This document shows, piece after piece, positions 25,625-37,900 of a DNA stretch of 64,000 bases. Positions within the stretch are counted from its first letter, which is position 1, and every line of letters starts with the position of its first letter. The DNA is from Squalus acanthias (taxonomy: Eukaryota): NCBI GenBank assembly GCA_030390025.1, contig CM059432.1, positions 83,516,001 through 83,580,000 on the forward strand, given 5' to 3'. Below the pieces are notes generated by a model. It was not told the DNA's origin. It saw nothing but the letters and a program-made list of their open reading frames with translations, and did not search any database. Both the position numbers and the translations under genes were made by a program.

Positions 25625-26999
25625 CAGTGTCAGCTGTGGCTCAGTGCGTAGCACTCTCGCATCTGCGTCAGAAGGCTGTGGGTTCAAGTCCCACTCCAGA
25701 GACTTGAGCACAAAAATCTAGTCTGACACTCCAGTGCAGTGCTGAGGGAGGAGTGCTGCACCGTTGGAGGTGCCGTCTTTCGGATGAGACGTTAAACCGT
25801 GGCTCCGTCTGCTCTCTCAGGTGGACGTAAAAGATCCCATGGCACTATTTTCGAAGAAGAGCATGGGAGTTATCCCTGGGGTCCTGGCCAATATTTATCC
25901 CTCAATCAACATAACAAAAACAGATCATCTAGTCATTATCACATTGTTGTTTGTGGGAGCTTGCTGTGCGCAAATTGGATGCAGCGTTTCCTACATTACA
26001 ACAATGACTACACTTCAAAAGTACTTCATTGGCTGTGAAGTGCTTTGGGACATCTAGTAGTCGAGAAAGTCACTATATAAATGCAAGTCTTTGGGGTAAA
26101 AATTAGGTCGCGCCCCATTTGGGGCGCAAATATCGTCTGGACGCAAATATTAGCGCCTGGCGCTAATTATCGGCACTGACTGGAAACTTCACTTTTACCG
26201 CCCCGGGAGGTGAGTGGAGCGCTAAATCAGGCGCTGCACACCTGTCTTAAGGCGCAAAGGCCAAGGAGTGAGGCGCTAACTCAGAGCGCTGGCGAAGCTC
26301 ATGTAATGTCAGTCAGCAATGGAACACACACACAATGGCACGGGCCAGTTCTTAAAGGGGGTGGTTAATCTTGCTTTCCATCCACATCCTGTTCATTGCC
26401 GCCTTGAATCTCGGCCTGGAGAGACTTGCACATCAAATGTGCTGGAAAGAACAATGGAGAGTACCAGGCAAAGAGCTCAGAGTGCAGCTCCCACAGTCTC
26501 TGCTAAATCGATACAAGGAATGGCAAATCAAAATGAACCTGCAAAGTGCTGCTCAGTACCCAAAACTCCTTCACACAACGTTGAATCTCTCCAGAAGTCT
26601 CTCCCTCTCTCTCTCTCAGAATGCGTAGTTCAAAAATGCCACCAACAATAAAAGACAGGAAGAGGCCCCCTTTAAATAGTGCCCCCCCCCCAGCCCCACA
26701 GCGATTGATAGCGTTCCAGTCTTCCGGTCGTTGGAAGCGCCAGGCGGTAAGGCAGGGGGCGCCACTCAATTTCCGCTCCGGGGCGCCACAAGGGCGTTGC
26801 ACCATGGAATGACGTCACAATCTGCGCGCGCAGGTGGTCGCAGTGGTAAGTTTTAGCGCCGCCGCACAATCTCTAGTTAAGTTCCCGAGCGGCGCAAACA
26901 TCGCTGCGCCCGGGCGTTAGCGGCTTTGCGCCCCATTAGCGCCCTCTTAAGGCGCTAACGGGAGGCGCAACCAACTGAATTTTTACCCCTTTCTTTCTT
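25625..26999 (+). mobile_element. tRNA-headed Deu-domain-like SINE (body 25625-26090; tail split by a MITE)
   Basis: Box A TGGCTCAGTGCG, box B GGTTCAAGTCCC, Deu core GGTGCCGTCTTTCGGATGAGACGTTAAACCG, tail ctatataaatgcaagtcttt. Confidence 0.85.
26093..26989. mobile_element. Harbinger-type MITE (~0.9-kb family, copy 1)
   Basis: Perfect 12-bp TIRs GGGGTAAAAATT/AATTTTTACCCC, TTT flanks; homologous to 31241-32133 and 47440-48249. Confidence 0.9.
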
Positions 27000-27910
27000 A
27001 CTGTGAAGACAAATACAAAATATTTGTTTAAAGTCTCTGCCATTTCCTTATTCCCCATTATAATTTCACCTGTTTCAGCCTCTAAGGGGCCAGTGCTTCC
27101 TTTTGCTACTCTCTTCCTTTTTACATACTTGTAGAAGCTCTTAGAATCTGTTTTTATATTTCTTGCTAATTTACTCATTCTATTTTCTCCCTTTTTATCA
27201 ACTTTTTGGTCATCCTTTGCTGGTTTCTAAAGCTCTCCCAATCCTCAGGCTTACTACTATTCTTTGCAACATTATACACCTTTTTTAATCTAATACTAGC
27301 CTTAACTTCTTTAGTTAGCCACGGATGGATCACTTTTCCCGTGGAGTTTTTATTTCTCAATGGAATGTATATTCGTTGAGAATTTTGGAATATTTCTTTA
27401 AATGTTTCCCAGTGCTTATCTACCGTCATACCTTTCAATTCTAATTTCCCAATCTACCTTAGCTAACTCACCCCTCATACCTATGTAATTGGTTTTAGTC
27501 TGACTGAAGTATTTCACTCTCAAACTCAATAAGAAATGTTATCATATTATGATCACTCTTGCCCAGAGGATCCTTTACGATGAGATTACTAATTAACCCT
27601 GTCTCATTACACAATACAAGATCCAAAATAGCCTGTTCTCTGGTAGGTTCCATGATGCATTGTTCTAGGAAACTGTCTCGAATGCATTCCATGAACTCAT
27701 CCTACAGACTTCCTTTGCCAATTTGATTTGCCCAGTCTAAAGTCCCCCACGATTATAGTATTACCTTTGTTATAAGCTCCTATTATTTCTTGATTAATAC
27801 TCTGTCCAACGGTATAGCTACTGTTTGGGAGCCTATAAACTACTCCCACCAGTGTTTTCTACCCCTTGTTATTTCTTATCTCCACCCATTTTGATTCTAC
27901 TTCCAGATCT

Positions 27911-29651
27911 TAAGAACATAAGAACATAACAAATAGGAGCAGGAGTAGGCCCCTCGAGCCTGCTCCGCCATTCAATAAGATCATCACAGAATCACAGAAT
28001 CCCCACAGTGCAGATAGAGGCCATTTAAGCCCATCGAGCCTGCACCGACACATATCCCACCCTATCCCCGTAACCCCACGTATTTAATCCCCCTAACACT
28101 AAGGGTCAATTTATCATAGCCAAATCAACCTAACCCGCACATCTTTGGAAGGAAACCGGAGCACCCGGAGGAAACCCACGCAGACACGGGGAGAATGTGC
28201 AAACTCCACACAGACAGTCACCCGAGGCCAGATTCGAACCCGGGTCCCTGGCGCTGTGAGGTAACAGTGCTAACCACTATGCCACCGTGTTGCCCGTGGC
28301 TGATCTTCTACCTCAACTCCAGTTTCCTGCACTATCCCCATATCCCTTGATTCCCTTAATATCCAAAAATCTATCGATCTCTGTCTTGAATATACTCAAC
28401 AACTGAGCCTCCACAGCCCTCTGGGGTAGAGAATTCCAAAGATTCACCACCATCTGAGTGAATAAATTTCTCCTCATCTCAGTCCTAAATGGCCGACCCC
28501 TCATTCTGAGACTGTGACCCCTGGTTCTAGTCTCCCCAGCCAGGGGAAACATCCTCCCTGCATCTACCCTGTCATACCCTGTAAGAATTTTGTATGTTTC
28601 AATGAGATCACCTCTCATTCGTCTAAACTCCAGCCTAGTCTACTCAATCTATCCTCATAGGACAATCCCCCCATCCCAGGAATCAGTCTGGTGAATCTTT
28701 GCTGCACTCCCTCTATGGCAAGTATATCCTTCCTTAGGTAAGGAGACCAAAACTATACACAATACTCCAGGTGTGGTCTCACCAGGGCCCTATATAATTC
28801 AGTAAGACATCTTTACTCCTATACTCAAATCCTCTTGTAATAAAGGCCAACATATATTTGCTTTCCTAATTGCTTGCTGCACCTTCAGTGATTCGTGTAC
28901 AAGGACACCCAGGTCCCTCTGAACACCAACATTTCCCAGTCTCTCACCATTTAAAAATTACTCTGCTTTTCTATTTTTCCTACCAAAGTGGATAACTTCA
29001 CATTTCTCCACATTATATTCCATGTGCCATGTTCTTGCTCACTCACTTAGCCTGTCTGTATCCCCTTGAAGCCTCTTTGCATCCTCCTCACAACTTACAT
29101 TCCCACCTAGTTTTGTATCATTAGCAAACTTGGATATATTACATTTGGTCTCCTCATCCAAATCATTGATATAGATTATGAATAGCTGAGGCCCAAGCAC
29201 TGATCCTTGCGGTACCCCTATGTTACAGCCTGCCAACCCGAAAATGACCTGTTTATTCCTACTATCTGTTTTCTGTCTGTTAACCAATCCTCTATTCATG
29301 CTAGTATATTACCCCCAGATCCCATGAGCCCTAATTTTGTTTAATAACCTCTTGTGTGGCACCTTATCGAATGCCTTCTGAAAATCCAAATACACCACAT
29401 CCACTGGTTCCCTTATCTATTCTGCTAGTTACAAAAAACTCTAACAGATTTGTCAAACATGATTTTCCTTTCATAAATCTGTGTTGACTCTGCCCAATCC
29501 TATTATTATTTTCTAAGTGCCCTGTTACCACGTCCTTAATAATAGATTCTAGCATTTTCCCTGCTACTGATGCCAGGCTAACTGGTCTGTAGTTCCCCAT
29601 TTTCTCTCTCCCTCCTTTCTTAAATCGTGGGGTTACATTTCCTATCTTCCG
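27911..29651 (-). mobile_element. CR1 LINE 3' part nested in CR1
   Basis: aagaacat tail; ORFs 28313, 29039 and 29364 with CR1 RT motifs. Confidence 0.9.
27985..28295 (-). mobile_element. Near-full-length HE1/V-SINE-like tRNA SINE
   Basis: Minus strand: GGTGGCATAGTGG box A, GGGTTCGAATC box B, V-domain GTGGAGTTTGCACATTCTCCCCGTGTCTGCGTGGGTTTCCTCCGGGTGCTCCGG, CR1-type tail. Confidence 0.9.
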
Positions 29652-31240
29652 AGCCAAGATCCTTTATCACTCATGTCCTTATGTCATCCTTTATTATCAG
29701 GGCTACACCCACTCCTTTTCCATTCTGCCTGTCTATTCAAAATGTCAAGTACCCTGGAATATTTAGTTCCTAACTTTGGTCACCTTGCAACCACATCTCT
29801 GTAATGGCTATTCGATCAAAGCTATTTATCTTTATTTGAGCCATTAATTCATCTATCTTGTTACAAATGCTTCATGCATTCAGATAAAGAGCCTTTAATT
29901 TTATCTTTTTACCATTATTCCCTGCCTTCACCTTATTCGCTGATGCATTTTTACCGTTAAACTCTCTGTCCTTTCCTTTCACACTCTAATTATCTTTACC
30001 CAAATCGCGACACTGCTCTATTGCCTTGACTTTTCTCTTTAGATTTCTAAATTTCCCCTCACCTGACCCCTCCCCCCTTTTTAGTTTAGATGTGCGTGTG
30101 AGCCTTTTACCAGTGTGTGAGGGTAAGGTGAAGCTAGAAATGTGAGCTATGCCCCTTTTTTGTAGAGATTGTTGGTAGGTGAGTGATGGGGGGTGTGGTG
30201 CATTGAGCAGTGTGTGAGGCTAGTAGTGCAGTTGGTAGGAGACGGTTCTTGAAGATGAATTCACTTGACTACTCGTGTGAGGTCATTAAACTTCTTATGG
30301 CACTGGAGCCACGTCCTAAGGTGCGACACAGCTGGAAGTGACCGCATTGGTGATCTGGTCCCACATCCTTCTTATAGTGTTTCTGGAGGGCCACCTGGCC
30401 CCTGTGGCTATAGGACCTCTCTTCGAGTGTTCACACCCAGCACAAAGGCCTCGAGGGCTGTGTCCGAGACCCTGGGTGTTCATCCCCTGGTCCGTTGGGC
30501 CATTTTGGTTTGTGATGAAGCAGTTTTAAAATTTTTGATCACCAGAAGGCAGCTCACCTTTCAGAGGTGCAGACTGACTTTAAGAGGCACAGGCTAGCTT
30601 TAAATCAAGCTTTAAGTAAAGCTAGCCTTGTGCGAACATCGTGAACTTTGACCCCCTGCTGAGCGCACAGCCAGTCAGCAGCGCGCTCAGCGCTGGGCTG
30701 TGCGCTACCATCATTATAATTAGCAGGCAGCATGAATTTTACATGCTGCCTGCACTCCTTTCAACGGGCGCGGGCCGATCACACATCGCGATCCCAGAGC
30801 CCGATTTCGGGCCTAATCCAATTTTACTCCCTAGGTGTTAGCTATTTGCTTTTAAAAATGCTGACTTCACGCTTCTTGTAACATTAATTTATTACTCATT
30901 ATATAGAAACTTAAATGGTGAAGCTTAATAAAACTTTATTAAACATTTGCAGGTAACTTATAACCAGAATCAATGGTAATCCATGATTGCAGAATTTTTG
31001 CAGATTCTGTGTAATTCAAAAGTTTGGTTGAAATTAAGAAATCCTAACTTTTCAAACAGAAATATTTAGATCCAAAAACAGAGTTACAATTATGGAATTA
31101 TGTCTAATTTAATCTCTGTTGGCTCTCACATTGCTTGAAATGATTATTCAGTGATTACTAAACGATGCCATAACGTCAAATAATTTCTTGACGTCCAGAA
31201 ATGTGTATTTTTGTTACAGATCGCTGTTCATAGAGTCATA

Positions 31241-32133
31241 GGGGGAGAAATTCAGTATCGCCCTATTGGGGCGCAATTATCGGCTGGGCGCAAAGATTAG
31301 CGCCTGGCGCTAATTATCGCCACCGACTGCAAACTTGACTTTTATCGCCCCTGGAGGTGATTGCAGCGCTATATCAGGCGCTTCACACCTGTCTTAAGGC
31401 GCAAATGCCGAGGAGCGAGGCGCTACCTCAGAGCGCTGGCGAAGTTCATGCAATGTCAGTCAGCAATGGAACACACACACAATGGCACGGGTCTGTTCTT
31501 AAAGGGGATGGTTAATCTTGCTTTCCATCCATATCCTGCTCATTGCAGCCTTGAATCTCGGCCTGGAGAGACCTGCACATCAAATGTGCTGGAAAGAACA
31601 ATGGAGAGTACCAGGCAAAGAGCTCAGAGTGCAGCCCCCACAGTCTCTGCTAAATCGATACAAGGAATGGCAAATCAAAATGAACCTGCAAAGTGCTGCT
31701 CAGTACCCAAAACTCCTTCACACAACGTTGAATCTCTCCAGAAGTCTCTCCCTCTCTCTCTCAGAATGCGTAGTTCAAAAATGGCACCAACAATAAAAGG
31801 CAGGAAGCAGACACCTTTAAATAGCGCTCCCCCTTTCCCTTCATGACTGCAGAACGCTCCCCTCAACCTGTCGTTGCTAGCGTCAGGCGGTAAGGCAGGG
31901 GGCGCCACTCAATATCTGCTCCGGGGCGATACCGGGGCGTTGTGCACTCGAGTGACGTCATGATCTGCCGGCGCAGGAGATCGTGGCGGTAGTGTTTAGC
32001 GCCGCCGCAAAATGTCTAGTTAATTTCGCGAGCAGCGCAAACTTCGCCGCGCCTGGGCGCTAGATGCTTTGCGCCCCATTAGCGCCCTCTTAAGGCGCTA
32101 ACGGGAGGCGCAACCAACTGAATTTTTCCCCCC
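31241..32133. mobile_element. Harbinger-type MITE (copy 2)
   Basis: TIRs GGGGGAGAAATTCAG / CTGAATTTTTCCCCC; colinear with 26093-26989. Confidence 0.9.
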
Positions 32134-33234
32134 TATAGAGTCATAACGGCACAGAAGGAGGCCATCTGGCCCATCGAGTCCATGCCGGCTCTCTGTAGAG
32201 CAATCAAGTCAGTCGCATTCCCCCGCTCTATCCCCGTCGCCCTGCAAGTTTATTTCCCTCAAGTGCCTATCCAGTCTCCCCTTGAAAAAACTGAGTGTCT
32301 CTGCTTCCACCACTTCCGTCGGCAATGAGTTCCAGGTCATCACCACTCGCTGCGTAAAAAAGTTTTTCCTCACATCCCCCCTGTATCTCTGGCCCAAAAC
32401 CTTAAATCTGTGTCCCCTAGTCCTTGTACCTTCAACTAGTGGGAACAGCCTTTCCCCGTCTAGCCTATCCAAACCCGTCATAATCTTGTACACTTATATC
32501 AAATCACCCCTCAACCTCCTTTGTTCTAATGAAAACAAATCCAGCTTCTCCAACCTGTCCTTGTAGCTAAGATCCCCCATCCCCGGAACCATTCTGGTAA
32601 ATCTCCTCTGCACCTTCACATCATTGCTAAAGTGTGGTGACCAGAACTGGACGCAATACTCCAGTTGTGGCCTAACCAGCGCTTTATAAAGATTCAGCAT
32701 AACTTCGCTACTTTTGGGGCTCAATTTTGCCGGCGCTCAGGGGGCGGGGTTGGAGGCGGGTCAGGCGGTAAATTTGAAAAAAATGCCAGCGGGTCCGATC
32801 CCGCCGTCAACCCGCCTCCGTCCAACTTTTCCAAAGGCGGGCTCGCAGATTCCCGGTCGGTCCCGCCACCAAGTTGCGGGATAGGGCCTTAAGGGAGTTG
32901 TTAACTCCCTGTGTAATCCTATTTTGCCTGGCCTTTTACATTTTACCACATTTTCAGTGTGTTCCACCTCATTACCAAACCACGCCAGCTAATTGTGTCG
33001 GGTTCACAAGTGACTGGCTTCCTGATAGCTGCAGCTCCAGCATAAAAACTGAGCTTTCAACAAGGCTCAGTTGCAGGTGGCAGAACTTTGTTTTTTCAGG
33101 TCTTGGCAAACTTTTTGCAGGTCTACTGATTTTGGAAGTGGTGAAGCTGAGATCCATCTCCTCTGTGACCTCCTGGGAAAACCCTCTCCCCACACTAACT
33201 GAGCACTTCCTCAACTGAGATATTTACCAGCAGC

Positions 33235-34353
33235 ATGGGAACCATTTATTTCCTTTCATCCTGGTCCTCAGATTTGGAGGAAGAGCAGCCGCAGCAGCAG
33301 CAGAACCAGGAACAACAACAGCAGCAACAACAGGAGCGCCAACCTGCTGCTCACCCACCTGAAGCTGCACAGGGCAGAAGGCATCAGTGCAGGGAAGCAC
33401 GTCGCTGCAGGAGATACCCCCAACACAGGGTTTACAGGCCGAGGAGCAGCTTCCTAAACATGAGTGAGCAGCAGTGCCAAAGGAGGCTGAGATTTTCACG
33501 AGAGGTAGTCGGTGACATCTGCGCAATGCTGCATCAACGCCTGGAGCCCAGAGGAGTGGGTGGACACCCCTTACCAGTGGCTGTCAAAGTCACCACCGCA
33601 CTCAATTTTTTAACTTCAGGGTCCTTCCAGGGATCATCAGCAGACATCAGCGGCATCTCCCAGTCGGCCGCACACACTTGCATCACGCAGGTAACCGATG
33701 CCCTCTTTGCCAAGGCGCACAATTACATACACTTCTCGATGGATCAAGCAAGTGTAACCGCGCGTGCGGTTGGAATTGCAAATATGGCAGGCTTGCCAAG
33801 GGTGCAGGGCGTCATAGACTGCACACATGTGGCCCTTAGGGCACCTCATCACAACCTAGTTGTTTTTGTCAACCGCAAGGGCTTCCACTCCCTCAACGTT
33901 TGCTGGTGTGTAACCACAGGAAGGACATTTTGCATGTTTGCGCGAAGTACCCTGACAGTTGTCATGACTCGTTTATCCTGCGCCAGTCTAGTGTGCCTCC
34001 GCTCTTCAATCCACCAAACCAACTTGTGGCTACTTGGAGACAAGGGCTATCCCCTGAAGACGTGGCTGAAGACGCCGTTGAAGAGACCATCCAATGAAGC
34101 TGAGGAGCGCTATAATGCCAGCCACATTTCTACCAGATCCATTATCGAGCAAACCATCAGCTTGCTGAAGATGCGATTCAGCTGTCTTGATAGATCAGGT
34201 GGAGCCCTACAGTATTCAGCAGCCAGGGTCTCCAGAATCGTCGTGGTCTGCTGTGCACTGCACAACATCGCACAGCATCGTGGCTTGCAGCTGCCTGAGG
34301 AACAAGTGGCTCAGCGCATAGCCTCCTCAGATGAGGAGGAGGAGGAGGAGTAA
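33235..34353 (+). pseudogene. Harbinger (HARBI1-like) DDE transposase with internal compensating frameshifts
   Basis: [41 protein letters not shown] motifs; the [11 protein letters not shown] segment lies in another frame (33900-34025). Confidence 0.9.
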
Positions 34354-34727
34354 GAAGACATTGCGGAGGCGGATCAGCCAGCTGCAGCAGCATGCGAGCA
34401 CACTGCTGCCCGGGATGCAAGGGATGCACTAATATTTGCCAGATTCGCTTAAGTAGACGAATCAAACAAATGGGGCTGGCACCTTCTTAGCACACCATAC
34501 ACAATGGACAAGAACCTGTGGCTTCCTATCACTCTGACCACCATCATTACAAATGCAAGTCGCCCTGAACCCTCAATGTGGAACTTCCATTTCCGAGATC
34601 AAATAGGCCAGAACTTCAACTGTTTGCCATCACTTCTGTTTAATCCATTCACAGAAGGATGACAATGTCAAATATTAAATAAAACAAAAGACAACAGAAC
34701 AGAACACCCAATTGACTACCCTTGTGA

Positions 34728-36645
34728 CTAATTGTGCTTTATCTTCCTCTTACGTGTGCTTCTACGTGGTGCTTCCCCTGTGGCTTCTGGGTTTGCGAGC
34801 CTCTGAGGGCTCGGCAACAGTCTCCTCTCATGTGTCTGTGCAGGGGCTGAGCCACCCATCTCAGTTGGGTGAGGACTCTGGTGGGGATCTGACCGAGGGC
34901 TACTTAGTGGCATGGGAGTGTGAGCGCTTGAAGAGGAGCCCCTACTTCCTTGTTGCCTGCCACCAACATCCCTCTCATGGGTCAGCCCCACTTCAGTGCT
35001 AGCAAGTGGCTTGACAGCACCTTGCTGCACATCAGGGGGGCCAATGAGGACCCGTATCTGCACTGGCAGTCCTACTCCAGAGGACTTCCATGAAGCTCTG
35101 GTTTCTCTGCTCAATAGCTGCCCATCGCTCCTCCAGAGATATCAGTCTATTCTGAACATTCACCATGTTTTCCTGACTCTGGCAACTTATTTCATCCATA
35201 GCCGTAGCCATCCTCTCCTCTACCGTTGCCAACCTTTCCAGAGAGGTAGCCATCATTTCCACGGAGGTTGCTATCCTTTCCGTGATGGTGCGTTCATGTG
35301 CCATTGCCTCCACAAAGGCACTGCTCATGTTAGAGTTGGACTCCTCCATCCTCTCCACACTCGCAGTAACCATGGAGATAAAACCTGCCAGAGACTCCTG
35401 CATTTCTTCCTGGAGTTCCAGCACCGCTCTCCTTCTGGATGGACCCAGAGGCACAGGGGCCACATGCAGCTGAGCCGAGCTGGGAGTGCCCTGCGGCCTC
35501 CAATGAAGACTCTCCACTGCTGTCCCTGTCTCCACCATCTGCTGATGCTCACTTGTGAGCTGTGATACACCAGGTGACAACACTACTCTATCTCCCGAAG
35601 GTCCCACCGAGGTGTGAGTGTCTGCGCTGGTGCTGGGTGCGCTTAATTCTGCTGACGCTGCACCCTCAGAGGTTGCAGGTTCCTCTGAGGAGTCTTCCGG
35701 CTCAGCCTCTTGCACCTGGACAGTGGGGAGGGGGGCTGTCGATGGTCCTGTGGGGGAGTAAAGGCATGAGTTAGAAATGTGATATTAACGTAGCATGCAC
35801 ATGGACTTGTGCAGATGATCATAAGTCAATTTGTATGAGCATCAGAAGCCATATCAGTCACTCATGCAATGTGAATGATAGAGATGCAAAACTATTCTGT
35901 CACCAGCTTGCTCAGATGCGCCCATCTGTCCGTCCCCCACTTCCAGATCCTCCTCGACTCCCACGATCTCCAGGGCCGCCTCCTCAGCGCTGGTGAGATG
36001 GGCTATTGTGGGTGGCCCTCCTCCTGTCTTCACCCTTTCCCCCTTATTGTGGGCTCTCTTTTCCTGCAATGAGGGACACAAGTGGAGTTTGAGTAATAAT
36101 GATGGAATGAGTGTAGAGAATCCATAGCATAGATGCTTAGAAGGAGACAAAGATGGAGTGAGTTCCAAAGTCAAGGGCCCTCCCTGTGTGTTGTTAGTTG
36201 TTGTCATTGCATAACAGTGATAGGGAGTGTGAGGGCAGCATAGTCGAATAGTGAAGTGATTGTGTACATAGAGAGAGAGGGATGGTTAAGGGTGCAAGAG
36301 ATGTAAGGGTAAAGTGGGATGTGTAGGAGTAGGTTGGCAATGCAGAGTGCTGGTGCTGAGAGGAGATGGGGAGCAGAATGAGGGTAAAGGTGATGGTCTA
36401 CTCACTTTTCCTGTGCGGACAAGGTCATTGAACTTCTTTCGGCACTGCAGCCAGGTTCTGCTGCACACTGATCTGGAGCTCACCTCCTGAGCCAGTTGCA
36501 GCCACACAGCTTTGGTTTGCTGAGGAGGTTTTTTCTTCCCAGAGGAAGGAAAGAGCACTTCCTTTTGAACTCTCGCTCCCTCCACCAGAGCATGGAGGGA
36601 GTCATCATCGAAACGTGGTGAGGCCTTGGCCCTTGAGCTCGACAT
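34728..36645 (-). CDS. Harbinger Myb/SANT-like partner protein, 3 exons (36645-36406, 36063-35904, 35747-35032; probable frameshifted tail to 34728)
   Basis: PRFDDDSL...WLQLA...RTWLQCRKKFNDL; GT-AG introns in phases 0 and 1 give a continuous 371-aa frame; coiled-coil-like exon 3; basic RRSTRKRK end in an adjacent frame. Confidence 0.8.
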
Positions 36646-37529
36646 TTCAGCAGTAGAACACACTTTAAGCAGTTGTCACTCTGGAAGAACATAGGCACAA
36701 AATGAAGCAATGCTGCTTGGAGGCCTTAAATGCAGCTGGAGAAATGACGTCAGCAGGGGCGAGTTTCAAGTGCCAATTAGGGCAATATCGCAATTTTATC
36801 CTGCCCGACAGCGGAGGCGGAATCGGGACCCGCCGACCACCTGACCCGCACTCAACCCGCCACCAATGGCAAAATCGAGCCCTTGTACTCAATACCTCTA
36901 TTTATGAAGCCCAAGATCCCATATGCTTTGTTAACCACTCTCTCAATATGTCCTGCCACCTTCAGGGACCTCTGCACATTAACTCCCAGATCCCTCTGTC
37001 CCTGTACACTCTTTAAAACTGTGCCATTAAGTGTATATTGCTTCTCCCTGTTCCTTCTGCCAAAATGCATCACCTCACACTTCTCTGTATTAAATTCCAT
37101 CTGCCACTTGTCTGCCCATTCTGCTAGCCTTGCTATGTCCTGTTGCAGTTGATTGGTATCAACCTCACTGTTTGCCACACCCCCAAGTTTGGTGTCATCG
37201 GCAAATTTAGAAATTCTACTCTGTATTCCAATATCCAGGTCATTTATATATATCAAAAAAAGCAGAGGCCCGAGTACTGACCCTTGGGGAACACGACTGT
37301 CTACCATCCTCCAGTCTGAAAAACAGCCATTTACCACAACTCGCTGTTTTTTGTCCTGAAGCCAATTCCTTATCCAAGCTGCCACTGCCCCACCTATTCC
37401 ATGAGCCTCAATTTTGTTAACCAGCCTTCTATGTGGTACTTTGTTGTTACTGGGACAAATTTCTAATGCCTGTGTCAAAGTGCTGTACTAAATGGCCATC
37501 GTCATTCAGAAACTGGCTGCTGAAGGCAG

Positions 37530-37900
37530 TTTTTATTTTGTTCACAGGATGTTGAGAACTCTGCATTTATTGCCTTTTCCTAGTTACACTGAGGGCTGGT
37601 GCCTTCTCCTTGAACCACTGCAGTAGCTGTGGTTTATTTGCATTGGATAGGCTTGCTGGGCCACTTCAGGTTCTGTGCAATTCAAAAGTTACATGTAGTT
37701 TGGTCAAGGTAAGGGCAACAGGTTCCTTGTGGGACATTAGTGAACCAGTTAAGTTTTTATGATAATCTAGCAGCTTTTATAGCCATAGCCCTCACATTTT
37801 CCAGATTTATTGAATATAATTTCATAGCAAGATTTTGTACTAAAGACCTCTGGATTGCTAGTCCACTATCATAACTAGTATCCAGTTAGAGTATTAAAAT
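37530..37900 (-). mobile_element. Decayed SINE related to 40044-40515
   Basis: gcatttattgcc...cttgaaccactgcagt...ggacattagtgaaccagtt...ctggattgctagtcca matches the reverse complement of that SINE. Confidence 0.6.

Larger units (their letters stand above)
24051..30088 (-). mobile_element. CR1 LINE (3' part missing) hosting further insertions
   Basis: Colinear CR1 pieces at 24051-24316, ~25533-25622, 27000-27910 and 29652-30088 (ORFs 24052, 26936, 27175, 27495). Confidence 0.85.
22472..30831. mobile_element. Harbinger element with deleted transposase core, split by a CR1/SINE/MITE stack
   Basis: Both ends match the 40562-44538 element in opposite orientation; transposase N- and C-terminal stubs (+, 22970-23310); Myb gene exon 3 (-, ~23500-24050) and exon 1 (-, ~30265-30505). 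Confidence 0.8.
32717..36882. mobile_element. Near-complete PIF/Harbinger transposon (4166 bp)
   Basis: 15-bp TIRs GGGCTCAATTTTGCC / GGCAAAATCGAGCCC, TTG TSD (32714-32716, 36883-36885); convergent transposase (+) and Myb-like (-) genes. Confidence 0.95.
31228..37441 (-). mobile_element. CR1 LINE 3' part, split by a MITE and a Harbinger
   Basis: catagagt tail at 31228-31240 and ~32135; ORFs 32209, 32494, 36852-37478; reading frame IEYK|SSEV rejoined across the Harbinger. Confidence 0.9.

Noticed and set aside
26319..26651. ORFs recurring at 26.3, 31.4 and 47.6 kb
   Set aside because: Shared through MITE copy identity; two overlapping frames are equally open, ends vary, and no motif is recognisable.
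28230..28295. tRNA genes
   Set aside because: A/B boxes here and at 25625 and 40044 are SINE heads followed by SINE bodies and tails.
33235..34353. Host HARBI1 gene
   Set aside because: Bounded by TIRs and a TSD, inserted in a CR1 and paired with a Myb gene, so it is a transposon copy.
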